This document shows positions 8,906 to 17,543 of a DNA stretch of 64,000 nucleotides, piece after piece. How positions within the stretch are numbered: position 1 is the first letter of the stretch; each line of letters begins with the position of its first letter. The notes below the pieces were generated by a model. The model had not been told where the DNA came from. It did no database searches and worked only from the letters and a program-made list of their open reading frames with translations. The stretch comes from Acidobacteriota bacterium (GTDB lineage Bacteria; Acidobacteriota; UBA6911; RPQK01; JADFOI01): the NCBI GenBank assembly GCA_963663035.1, contig OY760074.1, forward strand, positions 1,120,001 through 1,184,000, given 5' to 3'. A program made the translations under genes and the position numbers.

Positions 8906-11900
8906 CTAAAAGATAATCTTGAGACCAAACTGGACTTGGCGGGCGGAGGCGCCGCCGCTGACTCGGCCAAAGCTCCCGGAAATCCGTCCACTTCCGCTGA
9001 GGATGCCCCCGCTGGGGTTACCAAAATTGACGCGATTGAGCATGTTGAAGAACTCGGCTCGGAATTGGAGGCGGGTCTCCTCGGCCAGGGAAAAGTCCCT
9101 CTTCAGGGAAAAGTCCACATTAAAGTAGGCGGGACCGACCCCCACGTTTCTGCCCAGATTGCCGAATGTGCCTTCCTCTTGTAGTTCATAGGAGTCGCTG
9201 GTCCAATAGAATCTGCTACTTTCCCAGTTGTCCTGCACGGGATTGTGATTCGCTCCCGGAACCAGATTGGGAACTTGCTCGGAGCCTCGGGAGGTGCCTA
9301 GCTGCGCCTGGTCGAGGCTGCCGCTGGCGGTGATTTGCCTGGCACTCCCGCTTGTGGCCGTAATAATACCGCCCACCGACCAGTCGCCCAGGAGATGGTG
9401 AGCTGGTCCTGACAAGTCGCCGGTAGGAATTTCAGCCGTGAAGTTGGTGGTGAAGTTGTTTTTCACATGAAATCCGGACAGACCCTTGCTGCGAACCTGG
9501 TCAAAGGGGTCCATGGTGGCAGCGCCAGAACCGCCCACATCACCTCCTGCAATACCCGAAGCCATGTCGAGATTCCTGGCAAAGGTATAGTTGGCCTGGA
9601 CTTGATATCCCCCGCTGAACCGCTTGCTGAAGCGCAGCTGAAGGGAGTTGTAGGAGCTATTGGTATCCCACTGTCTGGTTTCCATATCGATGAAGTTGGG
9701 ATTGAGAAACGCTCCACCGTCCGGATAGGCCGCACTGGGATCGAGTGGAAAATACTTCATTCCAGAGTCCAGAGTGGACTCGTCGAAGCCAGCCGTATTG
9801 GGGTCATCGACGCAGGGGCAAGTTGCAAAGGTATGGACGTTGGCATTCTTCAGTCGCCCCAGCTTCCTGCCCTGATTGGCTGCGTAGCTGATGGAAAAGA
9901 CGGAGTCGCTGCTCAGCTGGTGCTGGATGGTGAGATGGAACTGCATCAGATAGGGTGTACGCGCGTCAAACTGCATGGGACTCATGGTGGCCGACACATT
10001 TCCCCCGGATAACTCGGCTAGAAATAAATTAACCGCATTGGGGAAGAAACCGGTTGGGTCGGCGTGATCTCTAGGCAGCGTCACAACCCTCTCGAAAAAG
10101 GGCCTGTTCTGGTAGCCCATGATCCACCAGTTGGCACTGGTATGGGGCTGGTAGAAGATCCCATATCCTGAGCGAACAGAAGTTTGGCCTGCTCCGAATG
10201 GATCCCAGGCAATACCAATGCGAGGACCGATGTTGGTCCAGGAGTGGTTTTCAAACCAGGGCTCTCCGGCAGCCTGGTCGGGAATATAAGGGGTGACGTC
10301 GCGGAGCGCATCACGGATGTTGGCGATCCGATTCCCAACTTCTGTGGGTGTGTTCAAAACCTCCCAGCGCAGGCCCCCATTCAGGGTCAGACCCGGCCTG
10401 AGCTTGAAGTTGTCCTGAACAAAGGTGCTCACCATGGTTTGCCGGTATCCCCGCATGGCAGTTCCATCCCCCAAGGGGTTCAGGAACTCGGCACGGAAGG
10501 GATCGTTGGTCAGAAACCGTTCCAGTCCTCGAAAGACGATTCGGCCATGAAGCCTCGAACCGGAGAGCCCGTTGAGGTTGGTGCGCGAAACCTTTCCGCC
10601 AAACTTGAGCGAATGTCGACCGAATGTGTAGGTCACTGTGTCGGCGTACTCGAAGAGATTCAAGATGGAAAGGCGGTCTCCTCCGCCTGAAGCGTCGGTT
10701 CCAAGGTTCGAGGCACCCGCACCGGTAATCTGACCAAACTTCCGATCATCTATGAAGCCTAAGGGGGCGGTCAGGCTCTCTCCAATAGACTGAACATTGG
10801 GCAATCCCCCAAAGGAGCGGTTGAAGGACACACTGGCGGCATTAAACAGGTTGGGTGAGATGATCTTGCGCCAGGTGCTGTTAAAGAGCTGGCGGCGGGT
10901 ATCAGGATGCCGCTCGAACCGAACAAGGTCCGTCCCTGAATAGTACAGCTCTGCTATTGCATCGTCGAGAGAATAACGAAAGTCTATCGAGTCCGATTCC
11001 GAAATGGTGTGATCAAACTTGACCAGAAAGTAATTTTCCCGGGTGGGCTCGGAGGTCGAGAAATTATACTCGGCTTCCCCATCACCGAAATCAAATCCAT
11101 TGGCCCGATCATAGAGGGCCAGATAGGGTACCATGGCAGGGTCAATGGCCCCGAAAAGGCCGGCCCGCGCATCATCGCTGAAAACGTTCCGCACTCGCCG
11201 CCTGCCCAGTATCTCCCGAAGGCCTTCGTAGCTTCCGAACACGAAGGTTTGATCCTCCACGATGGGGCCGCCAACGGTGAATCCGAACTGGTGGCGCCTG
11301 AACTCGGGTTGTTCTGCACCGGTTACAATCTTGGTGTTGTAATCGACAGCATCCAGGTTGTCGTTTCGGTGAAACCAGAATATGGAACCATGAAGACTAT
11401 TGGTCCCCGATTTGGTGACGGCATTGACAACGCCGCCCGCTCCCTGGTACTCAGCACTGTAGGCATTGACGAGGACTGAGAATTCGCGGACTGTCTCCAC
11501 TCCAAGAACCGTCCTGGCGGCACTGCCCGGTGTGTTTCCAAAGGCGTCCTTGGAGTCCTGGCCGTCCAGGACATAGGCGTTCTGTTTGGGACGCGCGCCC
11601 CCAATCGAGGTTCGAGTTCCTCCTCCTGAAATGGGACTGAAATTCGAGTTCCGGTGGCCGTTGCGGACCATGGCTCCCGCCTGCAGAAGTGCCAGCTCGG
11701 TGAAGCTGCGCCCATTCAAGGGCAGCTCGGTAATGGTCCTTTGCTCGACCAGATCGGCCAGCACGGACTGGGTCGTCTCCACCAGTGGAGCCTCGCCCGT
11801 GACCGTCACTCTCTCGGTGATCTCTCCGACACTAAGGGTGAAATCGACGATCGCTGCTCTTCCCAGCGTCAGCTGAATCCCGCTTCTGACGGAAGTCTGA

Positions 11901-12154
11901 AAGCCGGGCAGGGCAGCCTCTATCTGGTAATTTCCCAAGCTCAGATCAGGCGCAAAGTAGCGTCCCTCATCATTGCTCACCGTTGACCGGCTAATTCCGG
12001 TGTCTGTATTGGTTACGGTAATTTCAACACCGGGGATGAGTGCCCCGGTCTCATCGGTGACTGCTCCTGCGATGGTGGCACGTGTTATCTGTGCCCAGGC
12101 TGCACTCGAAGCCAGAAGCAATACAGTCGCGAAAATAAGGTTCTTTCTCCACAT
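8906..12154 (-). CDS. TonB-dependent receptor (Oar-like), paralog 2
   Basis: Same architecture as 3222-6479 with long identical blocks; RBS AGGAGG; C-terminal Phe. Confidence 0.92.
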   Translation of the reverse strand: MWRKNLIFATVLLLASSAAWAQITRATIAGAVTDETGALIPGVEITVTNTDTGISRSTVSNDEGRYFAPDLSLGNYQIEAALPGFQTSVRSGIQLTLGRAAIVDFTLSVGEITERVTVTGEAPLVETTQSVLADLVEQRTITELPLNGRSFTELALLQAGAMVRNGHRNSNFSPISGGGTRTSIGGARPKQNAYVLDGQDSKDAFGNTPGSAARTVLGVETVREFSVLVNAYSAEYQGAGGVVNAVTKSGTNSLHGSIFWFHRNDNLDAVDYNTKIVTGAEQPEFRRHQFGFTVGGPIVEDQTFVFGSYEGLREILGRRRVRNVFSDDARAGLFGAIDPAMVPYLALYDRANGFDFGDGEAEYNFSTSEPTRENYFLVKFDHTISESDSIDFRYSLDDAIAELYYSGTDLVRFERHPDTRRQLFNSTWRKIISPNLFNAASVSFNRSFGGLPNVQSIGESLTAPLGFIDDRKFGQITGAGASNLGTDASGGGDRLSILNLFEYADTVTYTFGRHSLKFGGKVSRTNLNGLSGSRLHGRIVFRGLERFLTNDPFRAEFLNPLGDGTAMRGYRQTMVSTFVQDNFKLRPGLTLNGGLRWEVLNTPTEVGNRIANIRDALRDVTPYIPDQAAGEPWFENHSWTNIGPRIGIAWDPFGAGQTSVRSGYGIFYQPHTSANWWIMGYQNRPFFERVVTLPRDHADPTGFFPNAVNLFLAELSGGNVSATMSPMQFDARTPYLMQFHLTIQHQLSSDSVFSISYAANQGRKLGRLKNANVHTFATCPCVDDPNTAGFDESTLDSGMKYFPLDPSAAYPDGGAFLNPNFIDMETRQWDTNSSYNSLQLRFSKRFSGGYQVQANYTFARNLDMASGIAGGDVGGSGAATMDPFDQVRSKGLSGFHVKNNFTTNFTAEIPTGDLSGPAHHLLGDWSVGGIITATSGSARQITASGSLDQAQLGTSRGSEQVPNLVPGANHNPVQDNWESSRFYWTSDSYELQEEGTFGNLGRNVGVGPAYFNVDFSLKRDFSLAEETRLQFRAEFFNMLNRVNFGNPSGGILSGSGRISGSFGRVSGGASARQVQFGLKIIF

Positions 12155-12392
12155 TGTTGTTAACCTCCTAAAAAAGAATATGAGTGATGAACTAAAAAAG
12201 TAATGCTTACAAAAACTATAAAATCCTCCCCGAAAATCCTATATCTCCAAGCTGTAATTTGGCGCAGTATACTATGAAGAATCACAAGCACCAAGCAGAA
12301 AACCGCAAATTACGATAAAAAATGCATAAAAAGCCAAAATGAAACTTAAACTCAAAACTCAACCTACAATTCCAGCTGTTAAGCAACCACTA

Positions 12393-12408
12393 TGCAATTC
12401 ACTTGCCA
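12393..12408 (-). promoter_or_regulatory. Sigma-54 (-24/-12) promoter for TBDR paralog 2
   Basis: The minus strand reads TGGCAAGTGAATTGCA, identical to 6675-6690. Confidence 0.75.
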
Positions 12409-12480
12409 GAGGGCAGATTCACTCTATCCAGTACTTCATGTTGACGAAGTACACTACATATAGATTTCTCAACCGGCTGT

Positions 12481-12520
12481 GATTCAAAAAGTTGGATCTA
12501 TCCATTCAGTTTTTTGGATT
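12481..12520. promoter_or_regulatory. Tandem enhancer-like sites, second copy
   Basis: GATTCAAAAAGTTGGATC and CATTCAGTTTTTTGGATT, at the same spacing from the promoter as at 6763-6802. Confidence 0.5.
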
Positions 12521-12546
12521 TCCATATTCCGCTGATCGCTGCGATT

Positions 12547-12948
12547 CTAGTCGGATGCTCTGTCATTTTCGTGATCACTTTGGGAAGGCGGATTTTCTTT
12601 AGCCGGGAGAATGTCCGTCACCAGATCACGAATGAGCGGGCGTTTAGGAAGCGGGTCCACTGTGAGAGGTGCTTCACCCAAACGCGCCGTGCACAGGTAC
12701 GTGACTTTGCCATCCACCAGAGCGCTGCATTCCTTACAGGCATTGGCGTTGAGACAGCTGTAGCGCATTGAGACGCTCGAATCGACGTGCTGGCGAATCC
12801 AAATGAGTGCATCCAGCACGGACATACCCTCTTCCCAGGGAACTTCAAAGGTGTCATAGCGGGTGGAGTCCTCGGGTCCTCCGCGACGAACACGAATATG
12901 GGTCAGGGGCCGTCCTGGGCTTTCTTCTGGCTTTGAAATCGCCTTCAC
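12547..12948 (-). CDS. Stand-alone 2Fe-2S protein (SdhB/FrdB N-terminal domain only)
   Basis: SVLDAL..IR...D.S, RYSCLNANACKECS...YLCT and PL...PLIRDLVTD motifs; GTG start overlaps the upstream gene's stop. Confidence 0.85.
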   Translation of the reverse strand: MKAISKPEESPGRPLTHIRVRRGGPEDSTRYDTFEVPWEEGMSVLDALIWIRQHVDSSVSMRYSCLNANACKECSALVDGKVTYLCTARLGEAPLTVDPLPKRPLIRDLVTDILPAKENPPSQSDHENDRASD

Positions 12949-14669
12949 GCCACTGTACCTTCAACGGGTGCTCTCACGATGGGCTCGCTTCGGATCGTCA
13001 GAACATCTCCCTCAAGAGCCAGTACCTGGTTCTTTTCCCAGTTTGGATCCTGATCTGGAAAATCTTCTCGCTGATGGGCGCCACGGCTTTCCCGGCGTGA
13101 CAAAGCGGATAAAGCGACCATCTCTGCTGTATCCAGCATCTTCCGAAGTTCGAGCCAATCCTGCAGGTCCATATTAAACGGCTGGTTGGGAGAAATGTGC
13201 ATACCGGGAAGGGTCTCTCGACGCCACTCCCGGATTTGCTCCAGGGCCGAACAGAGTTTCTCTTCGCTCCGGAAAGGTCCGACTTTCTCGCTCATCAACC
13301 GTTGTAATTCTGCCTGGAGAGCGACTGGAGCAGGAGCTTCTGCGGGTCCGCTGTTTTGAGTGGTGCTTTCCAATCGCCTGCTTGTATCCTGCACCAGACT
13401 CTGCCACTTCTTGACTCCAAGGTTGGCCTTTTTCTGTTTTTTCAAAGCCACTTGGGTTGCCATTCTTCCAGCTGTTTCTCCAAAAACCAGGGCCTCGGTA
13501 ATGGCGTTGCCGGAAAGCCGGTTGGCTCCGTTGGCCCCTCCCACCACCTCACCTGCGGCGAAAAGCCCGGAGATCCGGGTTTCCAGTGATCCGTTCACTC
13601 GCAGGCCTCCCATCTGATAGTGGGCCATGGGGGCAACTTCAACGGGCATCTTGGTCAGATCAATACCGTTTTCCAGCAGCCGGTCAATGACCGGTCCGAA
13701 AGACTCTCTGAGACGACTCTCCGGGACGTGGCGGAAATCAAGATAGCAGCCCCCATGGGGAGAACCTCTTCCTGCCTCCACCTCTTTCAGGATGGCGTAG
13801 GAAGCAACATCGCGGGCGACCCTGTATTGTCCCCCGTCTTCGCTGCCATAGCGCTCAATGAACTCCTCGAATTTCCCGTTGAGAAGCCGGCCGCCCAGTT
13901 TGTAGCGGAAGGGATCCCACATGATGGGATCCATCCCGACCAGGCGTGGTGCCAGATGAGCAATGGGGAAGAATTGTACGAATTCCATATCCACCAGCTC
14001 CGCCCCAACCCGCAGAGCCAATCCGTAGCCGTCACCGCCCATGTTGGTGGAGCCGCTGTTGCGAGCGTATAACTTCGACAAACCTCCGGCAGCTAAAATC
14101 ACCGCTCCGCTCCTGAACGAAACCCATTCACCGCTGACCACATTGATGCCCAGGACGCCCATCACGCGACCATCGTCGACGATAATCTCGACGATGGTCA
14201 GACTACTGATGGCCTTTATCTCTGGTACTTTTTTCACCTGCCTTCGCAAGGTGCTGGCCAAAGCAGGACCCGTGTTGAGATAATCCACGTAAACGCAACG
14301 CTTCTTGCTGTGGCCGGGAGCAGTGACCTGTCTGAGATGGCCCTCTTCCTGGGCCCACCCGATTTTCCAGCCGTCCAACTCCATAATTCGCGCCGGACCC
14401 TCACGACAGAGCAGGCCGGTCAGTTCCTCGTTGCACAGTCCACGGCCAGCTTCGACCGTATCAGCGAAATGCCTTGTCCACTCATCCGGTTCTTGATGCC
14501 CGATGGCTGCTGCGACGGTCATCTGAGCCATAATTGTGGCTCCACCCCGTCCCACCATACTTTTGTCGATGAGTATCACCGAAGCCCCTTCGCGTGCAGC
14601 AGCAACGGCCCCATACATGCCGGCACCTCCCGCTCCCACGATCACAACGTCGGCTGTGAGCTCAATCAT
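12945..14669 (-). CDS. FAD-dependent oxidoreductase, SdhA/FrdA/NadB (TfrA-like) flavoprotein family
   Basis: GAGGAG Rossmann motif, DMEFVQFFP, RD, AHYQMGG, GANRLSGN and RRESRGAH. Confidence 0.88.
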   Translation of the reverse strand: MIELTADVVIVGAGGAGMYGAVAAAREGASVILIDKSMVGRGGATIMAQMTVAAAIGHQEPDEWTRHFADTVEAGRGLCNEELTGLLCREGPARIMELDGWKIGWAQEEGHLRQVTAPGHSKKRCVYVDYLNTGPALASTLRRQVKKVPEIKAISSLTIVEIIVDDGRVMGVLGINVVSGEWVSFRSGAVILAAGGLSKLYARNSGSTNMGGDGYGLALRVGAELVDMEFVQFFPIAHLAPRLVGMDPIMWDPFRYKLGGRLLNGKFEEFIERYGSEDGGQYRVARDVASYAILKEVEAGRGSPHGGCYLDFRHVPESRLRESFGPVIDRLLENGIDLTKMPVEVAPMAHYQMGGLRVNGSLETRISGLFAAGEVVGGANGANRLSGNAITEALVFGETAGRMATQVALKKQKKANLGVKKWQSLVQDTSRRLESTTQNSGPAEAPAPVALQAELQRLMSEKVGPFRSEEKLCSALEQIREWRRETLPGMHISPNQPFNMDLQDWLELRKMLDTAEMVALSALSRRESRGAHQREDFPDQDPNWEKNQVLALEGDVLTIRSEPIVRAPVEGTVA

Positions 14670-15484
14670 GTTTCATCTCTTCCCAGAAGTCCTTCATAAG
14701 TTTCCCACCAGCGCAGGAACTCGGCCAGGCGATCGACCATGTAGTCATGATATTTCTTTCCCTTTTCCTGGGAAGCCCCCAAGTTGGAGGAGAACTGGCC
14801 CGTCGGGGCCATCTGCCTTTGCTCGGCCGAGGTCCAGGGTTGTTCGATGAAGTCGCGGTTTCCTGTCCCGAAAAGATCATCATTACCAAAGGGCCCAAAG
14901 ACTTCAGCAAAATCGCAATGAGCATCCGAGAGTTTCTCAGCTTTGATCGTATGAGGAAACTTGTAGTAGGTCTGGGATATTTCCAGTTCGCCGGCATGGT
15001 GTTCGTTGGCCTCCTTAATTTGGGAAGCGATCCCCCGAGCTAAATAGGCCGGATCGGCCACCGCCGTCAGAACCCCTGGAAACTGATACTCGCGAATGTT
15101 TCGAGCGGCGGCCGTGAGCGCTGCCAGGTTGGTCATTTTGTGACCGTTGAGAAGTAAAATCTTCTTGAAGCCATGTTTGGCCAGCGAACTGATGATGTCA
15201 CAGACTACTTCTATAAGGGTCTGGGTCTTCAAGGAGATCGTTCCTGGGAAACTCAGGTGATGTGTGGAGTCACCGTACCAAAGGGGCGGGGCACTGAGCA
15301 CCCCAACTTTCCGCGCGGCATCCTCAGCCAGGGCAATGGCTACGTAGCTGTCGAGTCCAAGAGGGCCTGCCGGGCCGTGCTGCTCGGTGGCTCCGCAGGG
15401 AAGGATAATGATGTCCTTGTCTTTCAGGTAGTCCCTGACATCTTCCCAGGTCAATTCGTTCAACCAAATTGAACGCTGAGCCAT
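14666..15484 (-). CDS. Creatininase-family cyclic amidohydrolase
   Basis: P.GATEQHG...PLG.D, G.STHH..FPGT, NGH..N and HAGE.E motifs. Confidence 0.9.
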   Translation of the reverse strand: MAQRSIWLNELTWEDVRDYLKDKDIIILPCGATEQHGPAGPLGLDSYVAIALAEDAARKVGVLSAPPLWYGDSTHHLSFPGTISLKTQTLIEVVCDIISSLAKHGFKKILLLNGHKMTNLAALTAAARNIREYQFPGVLTAVADPAYLARGIASQIKEANEHHAGELEISQTYYKFPHTIKAEKLSDAHCDFAEVFGPFGNDDLFGTGNRDFIEQPWTSAEQRQMAPTGQFSSNLGASQEKGKKYHDYMVDRLAEFLRWWETYEGLLGRDET

Positions 15485-15506
15485 TCTTACTCGCTCCTTT
15501 CTTTAC

Positions 15507-15720
15507 TAGCCGTGATTATGCATAAGTTGTCTACTGCAGTGCCGCAATCATCCACGCTGACTGCGTTATGCGACCCGCAAGCGGGTACCCCTTGGGCTCC
15601 TCGGCGTACTGCAAGAGTACGCCTGCGGGGTCCGACCCGCAAGCGGGTACCCCTCTCGCATGCCTTGTCATCGCGGCGCTAGTGGCACTTCGTCACGACA
15701 ACCTATGCATAATCACGGCT
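15507..15720 (+). mobile_element. MITE family A copy 2
   Basis: Arms AGCCGTGATTATGCATA / TATGCATAATCACGGCT; two internal CGACCCGCAAGCGGGTACCC units. Confidence 0.85.
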
Positions 15721-17240
15721 CAAGAGTTATCAAGCGTCGTCAGATCGACGATTCCAGAAGCATCGGCCGCGTCCACTGCCTCCTGAGGCACGATAGCGCG
15801 TTCAGGGTAGGGTATAGGGGGAGCAGGTTTGGTGGCATCCAGGACCATTGCCGTAATCATCTTGGGGGAGCGAGTACCGTCCGCATGGTACTCCCACCCA
15901 GGTGGAAGCAGTCCTCCAGGTCCCGACCAGCGGGGAATCACAAGCAGGTCCTGGTCGGCATCGAAGCGAGTGCCGATAGCCCACATCACTTCTCCGTCGT
16001 TAAACACATTAATGTCCTCATCTACCACGACCACCATCTTCAGGTTTTCAGGTTCCGTGTTCAGGGCAGCGAAGGCGGCCTTCTTCACTTCTGCATCCCG
16101 CTCCTTGCGTAAGGAGATGTAGCAGTGCATACGACTGTGGCTGGGGACATTGACGGCAGCAACACCGGGGACCACGTCTTTGACCGTACGATAGATGCTC
16201 CCCATGCGAGGCAAACTTCCTAGAACCAAATGCTCCCGGTTGCTGGCAAAGATGTCGTGGTAGATGGCATCGGCGCGCATGGTAATGGTTGAAACGCGGA
16301 TCACAGGTTTCGGTCCGCCAGCTATATAATGTCCCGGCCATTCTCCAAAAGGGCCTTCTTCGCGGCGAACTTCAGGCAGGATCTCCCCTTCGATTATGAT
16401 TTCGGCGTCTGCCGGGACCCACAGGTCGCTGGTGTGCGCCCGAACCAGGCGCACAGGCTCCCTGAGCAGGGCACCAGCTCCATCGAATTCACCTCCAATA
16501 CCCTGAGTGCGGGTCACGGCCCCCATCAGAAAAGCTGGGTGATGACCAATGGCAATGGCAATCGGCATGGGGCGATCTTGAGCCTCGTAAGCCCGCTGGA
16601 TATAAGCGCCGTGGTGAGTGTCAATGAACCAAACTCCGAGTTCATTTTTGCTGAAAACCTGGTGACGATAGAGGCCGGCATTCATCTGGCCGGTCTCAGG
16701 ATCCCTGGTGATCCCCACGCCCCCGGTTATATAAGGACCTGCATCCTTGGCATTGTGGGTGGGGATCGGTAATCGACTGAGATCAGCATCCTTGCCCTCC
16801 CATATGATTTGCTTGACGGGAGCCTCCTCGGATGCGATCTCCAGGGGTGAGATTCCTTTTGCCAGGCGTTCCCCGTAAGTACGAACCATTTCTTCGGTCG
16901 TGGTTCCCAGAGCCAGGGCCAGTCGCCCGTAGGTGGCGGTCAGGTTCATCACCACAGGCAGGCTGCTGTTCTTCATCCGCCGAAAAAAGAAGGCGGGATA
17001 CTCATTCTGACGGGCGAATAACTCCCCCAGAGCTGTGCAGCCGAAGCGTGGATCGGTCTCTCGGTCCACGGCCTTGATGCTTCCGGGCATCACACCCATG
17101 AGCTCCCGAATAAAGTGCCTGAGATCTTTCGGGCCTGTCAGGTGGGCGGGTGGATTGTCTCGGGAAGCTTTAGCGGCAGCGGGTTTAGTCAACAGGCCGA
17201 TTCTATTCCAGTCAATAAAGGGGGTCAAGAGGTTGCCCAT
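15720..17240 (-). CDS. UbiD-family (prFMN-dependent) decarboxylase 1 (start uncertain)
   Basis: DLRHFI, DAGPYIT, NAGLYR, AEIIIEG, EGPFGEWPGHY, VVVDEDI and DATKP motifs. Confidence 0.92.
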   Translation of the reverse strand: MGNLLTPFIDWNRIGLLTKPAAAKASRDNPPAHLTGPKDLRHFIRELMGVMPGSIKAVDRETDPRFGCTALGELFARQNEYPAFFFRRMKNSSLPVVMNLTATYGRLALALGTTTEEMVRTYGERLAKGISPLEIASEEAPVKQIIWEGKDADLSRLPIPTHNAKDAGPYITGGVGITRDPETGQMNAGLYRHQVFSKNELGVWFIDTHHGAYIQRAYEAQDRPMPIAIAIGHHPAFLMGAVTRTQGIGGEFDGAGALLREPVRLVRAHTSDLWVPADAEIIIEGEILPEVRREEGPFGEWPGHYIAGGPKPVIRVSTITMRADAIYHDIFASNREHLVLGSLPRMGSIYRTVKDVVPGVAAVNVPSHSRMHCYISLRKERDAEVKKAAFAALNTEPENLKMVVVVDEDINVFNDGEVMWAIGTRFDADQDLLVIPRWSGPGGLLPPGWEYHADGTRSPKMITAMVLDATKPAPPIPYPERAIVPQEAVDAADASGIVDLTTLDNS

Positions 17241-17243
17241 ACC

Positions 17244-17456
17244 TTGCCCGCAGTATGCATGAATTTTCTGCTACAGTGTCGCAATCATCCGCGCTGACTG
17301 CGTTGTGCGACCCGCAAGCGGGTACCCCTTGCGCTCCTCGACGTACTGCAAGAGTACGTCTGCGGGGCGCGACCCGCAAGCGGGTACCCCTCACACGCCT
17401 TGTCATCGCGGCGCTTGCGCCACTTCGCTACGAAAACCTATGCATTCTGCGGGCTA
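17244..17456 (+). mobile_element. MITE family A copy 3 (between the divergent ubiD genes)
   Basis: Arms GCCCGCAGTATGCAT / ATGCATTCTGCGGGCTA; same body. Confidence 0.85.
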
Positions 17457-17543
17457 AGTCTGTTGACAACTGGGGAGGAAATGCCTACCGTGTGATTCCC
17501 AAGAACAATGAAACCAGCCCAACCGGTACCCGAGGAATCCCCA

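Noticed and set aside
12547-14669. Succinate dehydrogenase/fumarate reductase (sdhAB)
   Set aside because: No covalent-FAD His motif, a truncated Fe-S subunit and no membrane anchors.
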